A DNA stretch of 64,000 nucleotides. Origin: an uncultured Bacteriovoracaceae bacterium. GTDB taxonomy: Bacteria > Desulfobacterota > Desulfomonilia > UBA1062. This document shows, piece by piece, positions 57,318-64,000 of the stretch (positions within the stretch are counted from its first letter, which is position 1; each line of letters begins with the position of its first letter). The position numbers and the translations under genes are program-made. The stretch is taken from NCBI GenBank assembly GCA_964618975.1, contig CAZUDI010000003.1:61962-125961 (forward strand), written 5' to 3'. The notes beneath the pieces are model-generated. The model had not been told where the DNA came from. It made no database searches and saw nothing but the letters and a program-made list of their open reading frames with translations.

Positions 57318-58339
57318 CCATCGTTACGGACATCACCATTCTCATCGTCGGCCCGGACAATATCTTCCGGCGATCGATGGCCAACATGCTCACGACGATC
57401 GGATTCAGCAACATCCACGAGGTGCATGACGGAACCACGGCCTGGGAGGTGTTGCGCCGGATTCAGCCCCGCATCGTCATCACCCAGTGGGACATGCCGG
57501 AGATGAACGGTATGGCCCTCCTGAAGCTGATCCGCAGGGACAACGAATACGGTGACACCCCGCTCATTCTGTGGACCAAAGAGATCGACAAAACCGATGT
57601 CGTTAAGGCCGGCGAAACGGGGGTGAACTCCATCATCGTGGATCCGGTCGGCCTCGAGAGCCTCGAGTCCAAGATGCATGCGATCCTCGATTTTGAGATG
57701 AGTCCTCAGACCAAGCAGGCCAAAAACATCATGGCCAGGGGCGATTTCTATCTCAAAGAAAACCGCCTGGAGGAGGCGCTTAGAGAATACGAGCACGTGC
57801 TGGACATCCTCGAATCGGCCGAGGTGTACTACAATATCGGCTACATCAAGACGGCCAAGGGTGAGTACGACGAGGCCCTGGCCGCCTTCCGCAAGGCCAC
57901 CCAGCTGAATCAGATGTTCGCCAAGGCCTACAAGGCCATGGCGGATGTCTACCTCAGAATGGACAACAAGCAAATGGCCGAACAATACCTGCAGATGGCC
58001 GGCGAGATCTTCCTGGAACGCGAGATGCATGAGAGCGCCGAGAGCATCTTCAACGAGATCCTGGCAATCAATCCGGACACCATCAACGTCTACAACAGCC
58101 TGGGCATCATCTACCGCCGTCAGCACCGCTTCCAGGATGCCCTCATCCAGTACCAGAAGGCCGTCAAGATCAGCCCCACGGACGAGAACATCTACTTCAA
58201 CATGGGACGCGTCTACCTCGAGCTGAACAATCCGGACATGGCCAAGAAATGCTTCATCAAGGCCGTCAAGATCAATCCCAATTTCGATATCGCCCAGGGA
58301 ATGCTCACCGCCATCCAGACTTCGGAAAAGGTGGACTGA
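57314..58339 (+). CDS. CheY-homologous pseudo-receiver domain fused to TPR repeats
   Basis: The receiver aligns residue-by-residue with CheY ('GFSNIHEVHDGTTAWEVL', 'IVITQWDMPEMNGMALLKLIRRD', 'TPLILWTKE...SIIVDPV'), but the phospho-acceptor Asp is Gln (ITQW vs ISDW), the DD pair is PD, and the conserved Lys is Asp (VDPV vs VKPF). The C-terminal ~200 aa are TPR repeats ('AEVYYNIGYIKTAKGEYDEALAAFRKA', 'NIYFNMGRVYLELNNPDMAKKCFIKAVKINP'). Confidence 0.7.
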   Translation: MTIVTDITILIVGPDNIFRRSMANMLTTIGFSNIHEVHDGTTAWEVLRRIQPRIVITQWDMPEMNGMALLKLIRRDNEYGDTPLILWTKEIDKTDVVKAGETGVNSIIVDPVGLESLESKMHAILDFEMSPQTKQAKNIMARGDFYLKENRLEEALREYEHVLDILESAEVYYNIGYIKTAKGEYDEALAAFRKATQLNQMFAKAYKAMADVYLRMDNKQMAEQYLQMAGEIFLEREMHESAESIFNEILAINPDTINVYNSLGIIYRRQHRFQDALIQYQKAVKISPTDENIYFNMGRVYLELNNPDMAKKCFIKAVKINPNFDIAQGMLTAIQTSEKVD

Positions 58340-58535
58340 GAGCCTGTCACCGAGATTACCGCTTCCTCCGGCTTCCCTTTAATCGCTAGAGGTCGACATC
58401 CCGGAGGCTCGCGGCGTCAGGGCGGGTCCCGGGCTTGCCCCGGGGTTCCTACCCATGACCTGCAGATCAAAACCGGGAAAACGCAGGGGGAAATATCTGT
58501 TTGATGAGCTCTGGTTTTGTGCTACAAACACCGCT

Positions 58536-58781
58536 ATGGGTAACAACGATTCCTTCCTCAGCATCCTTATCCTGTTGGTTCTCTTCTTCGTGCTGCCACC
58601 GGTGCTGAAGCTCCTGGGCAGGTATACACTGAACAGCAAGGAGCAGGCCGAAAGGCCGGAACCTCTGGCCTCCGCACCCGCCGATCCTGCGGACTACAGC
58701 GGGCATTTCACGTCCGAGAGCGGCCTCCACGCGGGTGAGGCCGGGCATTCCTACAAACCGATCAACCCCAAATGGTTCTAG
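58536..58781 (+). CDS. small hypothetical membrane protein (~82 aa)
   Basis: Start at MGNNDSFLSILILLVLFFVLPPVLKLL (TM helix), followed by a Pro/Ala-rich tail. No family recognised. Confidence 0.35.
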   Translation: MGNNDSFLSILILLVLFFVLPPVLKLLGRYTLNSKEQAERPEPLASAPADPADYSGHFTSESGLHAGEAGHSYKPINPKWF

Positions 58782-59413
58782 GTCCCGCAAAAGGCAATCC
58801 CGGGCTCAGGTTCCTCCTCGGCATCGTCGTCATCTCCCTTTCTATCTACCTCTTCTACATCGGTCTTGCCCGCAAAAACTCGCCCCAGCTCTTCATCGTG
58901 CCCGCCCCGGTCAAGACCGTGGACTATCCCTGCAAGGTGGAACGCAGCGACACCTTGTCCGCATGCATCCCCAGCACCATGCGCGCCGCCCCCACACAGA
59001 AGGGGCTCGTCTTTCACTCGCTTGAGCTACGAACCCGCGGGGAGATCTTCATCCTGGAGGGGGGGCTGCCCGAGGAGAAGGCCTGGAGGGACTCGCTAAA
59101 GACCCCCATCGTACGGGTCTTTCTTGGTGACACGGAGGACTCCGGGACCTTCCACCTCATGAAGGACCTCCTGAGGCACCGCTGGAACCCTTCCCTCATG
59201 GGGATCAAGGCCCGGCTGATGCCTTCATGGACCAAGGGTCGCAGCGACGTGGAAATCCTCATACCCGAGGCGCTCCCGGCCCTGATCTTCTATACACCGG
59301 AACGCGCCCTCGGCCTGGCCTTCGGTACGGACCACGTGGCGGTGCTAACGGTGAGCGGTCACTTTGACAAGACGCTCCTCGCCGGCATGCTGCGTTCGAT
59401 CAGCCCTCAGTGA
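58772..59413 (+). CDS. hypothetical membrane-anchored protein (213 aa)
   Basis: N-terminal TM helix (FLLGIVVISLSIYLFYIGLA) then a soluble domain. Overlaps the preceding ORF by 10 nt. Confidence 0.45.
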   Translation: MVLGPAKGNPGLRFLLGIVVISLSIYLFYIGLARKNSPQLFIVPAPVKTVDYPCKVERSDTLSACIPSTMRAAPTQKGLVFHSLELRTRGEIFILEGGLPEEKAWRDSLKTPIVRVFLGDTEDSGTFHLMKDLLRHRWNPSLMGIKARLMPSWTKGRSDVEILIPEALPALIFYTPERALGLAFGTDHVAVLTVSGHFDKTLLAGMLRSISPQ

Positions 59414-59864
59414 CGGGGACGACCAGCAGGGGGCACGGCGGCTGTTTGAGGAGCTTCTCGGCCAGGTCGACCTTGAAGGACGAAAGCGTCCCCTTGGAGA
59501 CATCGTGCCCGAGGACCAGCAGGTCGATGCCCTGGTCCTGGATGACCTCATTGATCACGAGGAGGGGATTGCCCCGCATCACCAGCCGGTTGGCCGGGTC
59601 CACATCCCCAATGACCTCATGGCAGATGCTGTACATCTTGTCGCTGGCGGCCTTGATCACCTCCTCCTCGAGCTTGTCGGTGTTGATATGAGGCACATAG
59701 AAGCCGGCCGCGCCCTTGATATCGGTCACCGTGTGGAGCATGAAGAGTCTGGCATCGAAAATCCGTGCGACGCGGTAGGCGTAGCTGACCACCTGGATAC
59801 TGTGCCGACCGAGATCGAGATAGCAGAGCACCCTGGTGGGGTCCTGCGAAAACACCTTCTTCAT
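59400..59864 (-). CDS. universal stress protein (UspA family)
   Basis: Start at MKKVFSQ (ATG 59864; GAGGAGGG RBS). 'LLVLGHDVSKGTLSSF...CPLLVVP' is the USP C-terminal ATP-binding motif region (G-x2-G-x9-G(S/T)). Confidence 0.75.
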   Translation of the reverse strand: MKKVFSQDPTRVLCYLDLGRHSIQVVSYAYRVARIFDARLFMLHTVTDIKGAAGFYVPHINTDKLEEEVIKAASDKMYSICHEVIGDVDPANRLVMRGNPLLVINEVIQDQGIDLLVLGHDVSKGTLSSFKVDLAEKLLKQPPCPLLVVPVTEG

Positions 59865-59908
59865 TTCATCCCTCCTCATCATCGTTGAATGGTTACTTCA
59901 CGCTAGCC

Positions 59909-60289
59909 TTAGCGATTGCATACCGAATCGATCACATCCTTGAGGTCCTTAAGGTGGAAAGGCTTGGCCATAAAGGCATCCGCCCCCCGCTCGAAGGCCA
60001 CCTTGCGGGCGTCCTCCACGCTGAATCCCGTGATGAGGACCACCGGCATCCCGGGATACTGTTGCTTGACCTCGGTCATGAGCTTGAGCCCGTCCATCCG
60101 CGGCATGTGGATGTCCGTCACCACGATATCCAGGCGCCTCTCCTTCATGAGGTCCAGAGCGGCATAACCGTCCTTGGCGGTGGTGACATCGTACCCGAAC
60201 ATTCCCAGGAAGTCGGCGATGACCTGGGACAATTCATTGGAATCATCCACCACAAGCACTTGTTTTCTCTTATTCATTGCTCGGTTCAC
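59909..60289 (-). CDS. single-domain response regulator (CheY-like receiver)
   Basis: 'VLVVDDS', 'DIVVTDIHMPRMDG', 'VVLITGF', 'FMAKPF': all five canonical receiver residues are present. Confidence 0.85.
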   Translation of the reverse strand: MNRAMNKRKQVLVVDDSNELSQVIADFLGMFGYDVTTAKDGYAALDLMKERRLDIVVTDIHMPRMDGLKLMTEVKQQYPGMPVVLITGFSVEDARKVAFERGADAFMAKPFHLKDLKDVIDSVCNR

Positions 60290-60944
60290 TTGTCAAATCA
60301 ATAATCTCGTAGTCACGTAGCGAGGTATACTTCTTCGTATCGGCCTTGCTGAGCCTGGCCAGCTTGTCCATAACCTCCTTGACCTTGAAGATCTGGTCCT
60401 CCATGGTTTTCAGTATCTTCTGAACGCCACTGACCCGCTCCAGTTCCTCGCTCAGCTGCAGCATCTCGATATTTCCGAGGATGATGGTCAAGGGCGTGTT
60501 TATCTGATCCGAGAGGGTCACCGCGGTCTTGGCGATGGCATTGACCTCCTGTAAACGCCGCTGCTCGGCCCCGAACTTCTGCATGTCAAGTGCCCGGTGT
60601 ACCCGCATGAGAAGCTCCTCCTCGTCACAGGGCTTCAGCAGGTAATCGTAAACCCCGAGCCTAAGGGCCGAGACCGCCGTCTTGATGGAGCCGTAACCCG
60701 TGATCACAATCACCATGGTCCGCGGTGAGAGCACCTTGACATTCTCGAGCAGTTCCAGCCCGTCCATGCCCTCCATGACGAGGTCCGTCAGCACGAGATG
60801 GTAGTTCTTCTCATAAAGTAGCTTGAGGGCATCCTCGGCCGAGGCAACCCCATCCACCTCATACCCGTGAGATGTCAGGATATTCACCAGCGAATACCTG
60901 ACGATCTCTTCATCATCAACTATGAGTATTCTCTGTGTGCTCAC
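60270..60944 (-). CDS. response regulator: canonical receiver plus a C-terminal DHp (HisKA)-like helical domain lacking the phospho-accepting His
   Basis: Receiver 'ILIVDDEE', 'LVLTDLVMEGMDG', 'VIVITGY', 'LLKPC'. C-terminus 'AIAKTAVTLSDQINTPLTIILGNIEMLQ' resembles the HisKA H-box (hsHELRTPL..I.G..ELL), with Asp/Gln where the His would be. Confidence 0.65.
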   Translation of the reverse strand: MSTQRILIVDDEEIVRYSLVNILTSHGYEVDGVASAEDALKLLYEKNYHLVLTDLVMEGMDGLELLENVKVLSPRTMVIVITGYGSIKTAVSALRLGVYDYLLKPCDEEELLMRVHRALDMQKFGAEQRRLQEVNAIAKTAVTLSDQINTPLTIILGNIEMLQLSEELERVSGVQKILKTMEDQIFKVKEVMDKLARLSKADTKKYTSLRDYEIIDLTSEPSNE

Positions 60945-63085
60945 TGCCTGATCATCCTGTACTTGAGCCTGCTGATCTCCTCGTGCACGATGCCCTGGAG
61001 CTCCTTGACACGGAAGGGCTTGCGGATGAAGGTCGCGCCGGTGCGGTCGAAGAACTCCTTGACCTGCAAATCATAGGTATCTCCAGTAATGAAAAGAAAT
61101 CTCTGCTGCAGGCAGGGTTTCTTGCTGACGACCTCCCGGTACAGTTCCATGCCGTCCATGACCGGCATCCTCAAGTCCGAGATGATGAGCTCCCACTCAT
61201 GCTCATCCAGGTGCTCGTAAGCCTCGCGCCCGTTCCTGAAACTGCGGATGGAATAGTACGGTCCCAGGGCGTCGGCCATGAGATCAAGGAGATCCTCCTC
61301 ATCCTCCACTACCATGATCGTGCCCGGATCATCCCCCCCCTGCATCTCCTCCAAACAGCACTCGGCCATCTCATGACCCTGGGGGGTCCGAACCCTGTCT
61401 TCCCCTTTCTCGACCGCCGGGATCTTCACGATCGCCAGCGTCCCGTGATCGGTGTTCTCCAGGCTGATCTCGCCCCGGTGATCCGTGATGATCCCGTAAC
61501 AGATCGACAGCCCCAGACCGGTGCCCTTATCCACGGACTTGGTGGTGAAAAAGGGGTCGAAGACCTTGGGCATGACCTCGTCCAGGATCCCGGGGCCGGT
61601 GTCTTCGATCTGGATATGGACAGAGCCACCCTTGATAAAGGACCGGATGATGATATTGCCGCTCTCGTTGCCGATGGCATCGATGGAATTGTTGATGAGG
61701 TTGACCATGACCTGCTCCATGCAGTTCATGTCGGCCCGCACCACCAGGGGCGCCTGGGAGATCTCGTGCATGATCTTGATCCCCCGTTTCTTGATGGTGG
61801 GCTTGTAGAGATTCATGGTACGATCGATGATCTCGCGGATATCGAAGACCGTCTTGGCCGGCGGGAGGTTGCGCGAGAAGGTCAGCAGCGACCCTACTAT
61901 GTTGCGGGCCGAGTCGGCCGATTCCATCAGGGTGGTGAACCGCTCGCGATCGCGGGGGGTGAGATACGAGGTGTCGATCAGATCGGCGAACCCGAGGATG
62001 GGGGTGAGCTTGTTGTTGAGCTCATGGGCAATGCCCGAGGTGAGCAGCCCCAGCGAGGTGAGCTTCTCGGTCTGCATGCTGCGCTGCTCGATACGTTTCT
62101 TGAGCGTAACATCTTTGAGGATGAGCAGTATCTGGTCCGGCATGATGCGCTTGACGGAACACTGGCAGATGAAACTCGAGGCGTTGACCAGTACCAGGCC
62201 CACATCGAAGTCCCGGGCTTCACCCTCGGCCAGATCGTCCATCTGGGTCTTAAGGATCTGCAGGGATTCGGCGTCAAAGATATCTTCCAGGGTGAAGGGC
62301 TGACGCTGCAGGCGGGCAGACAGGGCCTGGTTGCTGAAAATCACCGTATCCTGCTCGATGAGGAGGATCATCTCCTCAGTGGAATCGACCACCGCCTTAT
62401 AGCGGGTGGAAATCTCCCGCAGCGTGGTCTCCTTCGTATGCACTTGCTGTTGCAGCTCGTTGTATTCCCTGCTGAATATGCCATAAAGGCTCAGGAGTGT
62501 CAGCATCTGGCCCACGAGCAGCCCCAGGAGCTCGAACATCCGCACGTCATGGACATGGAAAAAATTCTTCTCCGCATGTGAGAGGTTCAGGACGCCGACG
62601 ACCCTGTCACCCTCCTTGATGGGCACGCACAGCATCGAGCCGATCGGCACACGAGTATCGGGTCGCCGTTCGAAAAAGGCACAGCGCTCGGTATCCGAGA
62701 CCAGCACATGGCGCCCCTCCTGAGCACACTTCCCCGCCACCCCTTGGCCGAGGGCGATGCGGACATGTTTGTTGGTATTCTCGTTGTGGGAACCCGAGGC
62801 CGCCTTCAGGACCAGCTGATCTCCCGACACCATGAAGAGGGAGGCGTTCTTGCACTTGGATTCTTCGATGAGCACATTGACCACATAGGCATAGAAATCC
62901 TCCTCGGGTGAACCCTTGCGCACGAATTCCTGCAGCCGGAAGATGCCCGAGAAGATACCGATGGTGTCCTCGTAGAAGGTGGTCGTCTGACGGAGAAGGT
63001 CGAACAGTACCTCTTCCCGCCTGCCCCCCGAGGATGCCTCGAACTCGGTAATCTGATCCATCAACGTGCCCTCGATGCCCATCAC
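60941..63085 (-). CDS. hybrid sensor histidine kinase (GAF - PAS-like - HisKA - HATPase_c - receiver)
   Basis: GAF-like region ('VLNLSHAEKNFFHVHDVRMFELLG'); H-box 'LGLLTSGIAHELNNKLTPILGFADLI'; N/G boxes 'VMVNLINNSIDAI', 'IEDTGPGI', 'GTGLGLSICYGI'; C-terminal receiver 'IMVVEDEEDLL...LIISDLRMPVMDG...FIRKPF'. Confidence 0.85.
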   Translation of the reverse strand: MMGIEGTLMDQITEFEASSGGRREEVLFDLLRQTTTFYEDTIGIFSGIFRLQEFVRKGSPEEDFYAYVVNVLIEESKCKNASLFMVSGDQLVLKAASGSHNENTNKHVRIALGQGVAGKCAQEGRHVLVSDTERCAFFERRPDTRVPIGSMLCVPIKEGDRVVGVLNLSHAEKNFFHVHDVRMFELLGLLVGQMLTLLSLYGIFSREYNELQQQVHTKETTLREISTRYKAVVDSTEEMILLIEQDTVIFSNQALSARLQRQPFTLEDIFDAESLQILKTQMDDLAEGEARDFDVGLVLVNASSFICQCSVKRIMPDQILLILKDVTLKKRIEQRSMQTEKLTSLGLLTSGIAHELNNKLTPILGFADLIDTSYLTPRDRERFTTLMESADSARNIVGSLLTFSRNLPPAKTVFDIREIIDRTMNLYKPTIKKRGIKIMHEISQAPLVVRADMNCMEQVMVNLINNSIDAIGNESGNIIIRSFIKGGSVHIQIEDTGPGILDEVMPKVFDPFFTTKSVDKGTGLGLSICYGIITDHRGEISLENTDHGTLAIVKIPAVEKGEDRVRTPQGHEMAECCLEEMQGGDDPGTIMVVEDEEDLLDLMADALGPYYSIRSFRNGREAYEHLDEHEWELIISDLRMPVMDGMELYREVVSKKPCLQQRFLFITGDTYDLQVKEFFDRTGATFIRKPFRVKELQGIVHEEISRLKYRMIRQ

Positions 63086-63888
63086 ATGAGACTCTTGATA
63101 ATGGTGGCCTGTTTTTTATACCTGTGTATCATATCATTGACAAGGTCTTTGTAATTACCCCCCAGAAACACCCTCAGCCATCCCACATACTTGGCTATGT
63201 CGAAAGGAATTCCACTCTGTTGCTGGTGCACCACCAGATTGGCGACGTGAATCAGGGCCGAAGGTCGGTTGATGGGTGTGTGGTGGTTCCGGATCATGCC
63301 CGCGACCTCGGGGGGGAAATGCCACTTTTTGGCCACGATCTCCCCGATGAACGTGTGGTCCATCGCGAAAAGTTCGCGCTCCTTCTCCGTATCCGGCCAG
63401 GACCCGTCCTTTTCGTACAGGGCCGAATAGCGCGGCTGGCCCTGACTGAGGAGCACCATGCGTCCCAGATCGTGCAGCAGACCGCCCGTGAACAGCCATT
63501 GGCGCTCGTTCCTGGTGGAGCCCAGCTCATAGGCGACCAGGGCGACCCCGTATGAATGCCGCCAGAGGTCGTTGGCTGCCTGCGAGAAATCGCTAAGCCT
63601 CTCCATCACCGCCATGGAGAGGGTGATACACTTGACCATATTGAATCCGACCGTCCTGAGGGCATCCTGCAGGCATAGGCCCTGCTCGGTATGCCGGTAG
63701 AACGGTGAATTGGCGAGTTTCATGATCTTGGCCGCCATGGCCGGATCACTGGCAACCACCTGCTCGATATCCGAGACCTCGGTGTTCCCATCCTCCAGGA
63801 GATTCAGCAGCATCATCTTGCTCGCCTCCAGGGTGGGGACACTCTCCAGGTCCAGCTCGACACACATCACAGCATCTCCAGACTCCAT
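63082..63888 (-). CDS. HDOD domain protein (HD-related output domain)
   Basis: 'VASDPAMAAKIMKLANSPFYR', 'LWRHSYGVALVAYEL', and 'GGLLHDLGRMVL' carrying the degenerate HD motif, as in HDOD proteins. ATGA-coupled to the hybrid kinase gene. Confidence 0.75.
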   Translation of the reverse strand: MESGDAVMCVELDLESVPTLEASKMMLLNLLEDGNTEVSDIEQVVASDPAMAAKIMKLANSPFYRHTEQGLCLQDALRTVGFNMVKCITLSMAVMERLSDFSQAANDLWRHSYGVALVAYELGSTRNERQWLFTGGLLHDLGRMVLLSQGQPRYSALYEKDGSWPDTEKERELFAMDHTFIGEIVAKKWHFPPEVAGMIRNHHTPINRPSALIHVANLVVHQQQSGIPFDIAKYVGWLRVFLGGNYKDLVNDMIHRYKKQATIIKSLM

Positions 63889-64000
63889 AGTATTGTATAT
63901 ACGGAATATCCCTGAAGCAACTTTAAGGCTTTCTGCTCAGGGCCTCTGACCGCCCAGTCCCCCGCCCACGATCCCCTTGTAATTTTCCCCCCGGACCTTT

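Noticed and set aside
54890-64000. Genomic island integrated at tRNA-Cys
   Set aside because: No direct repeat of the tRNA 3' end was found downstream (only a 9-nt chance match). There is no integrase and no GC-content shift. The downstream genes look like ordinary core or accessory chromosome.

Overview
High-GC (~62-64%) bacterial chromosomal window, gene-dense on both strands. The content fits a flagellated Gram-negative anaerobe, most likely deltaproteobacterial / Desulfobacterota-like (sigma54 flagellar promoter, Rex, PPi-PFK, AhbA-like gene beside hemL). In order the window holds: (i) an LPS inner-core block (GT9 heptosyltransferase, a tandem two-domain WaaP/Kdo-kinase-like protein, a GT2-glycosyltransferase::kinase fusion); (ii) the cell-shape operon mreBCD-mrdA-rodA; (iii) a truncated glmU-like gene, lon, hemL plus an AhbA/Lrp-like gene; (iv) two tandem stand-alone PilZ genes, a polysaccharide deacetylase and a Bax/FlgJ-type glucosaminidase; (v) PPi-type pfk, a split atpZ-atpI-atpB-atpE F0 cluster, hup; (vi) tetR, three small paralogous membrane-protein genes, csrA and a sigma54-driven flagellar block (flgF-flgG-flgA-flgH-flgI-rod-binding protein-flgN-flgK), with rex divergent from a sigma28-type promoter driving a small coupled ORF plus flgM; (vii) lysS, lolCD, bamA, skp and a lipid A cluster (lpxD-lpxA-oxidoreductase-lpxB-msbA-lpxK-gmhB and two lpxL paralogs) ending at tRNA-Cys; (viii) an outer-membrane beta-barrel, a 449-aa unknown protein coupled to a CheY-like pseudo-receiver::TPR protein; (ix) a signalling cluster (USP, receiver, receiver with His-less DHp-like tail, GAF-PAS hybrid histidine kinase, HDOD). 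No CRISPR array, transposase or phage genes were seen. The most unusual items are the csrA-adjacent small repeat-protein family, the CheY-derived pseudo-receiver::TPR pair, the triple LPS-kinase arrangement, the tandem PilZ pair and the gene-converted lpxL paralogs. All calls come from reading the translations and sequence motifs only; no database search was possible.
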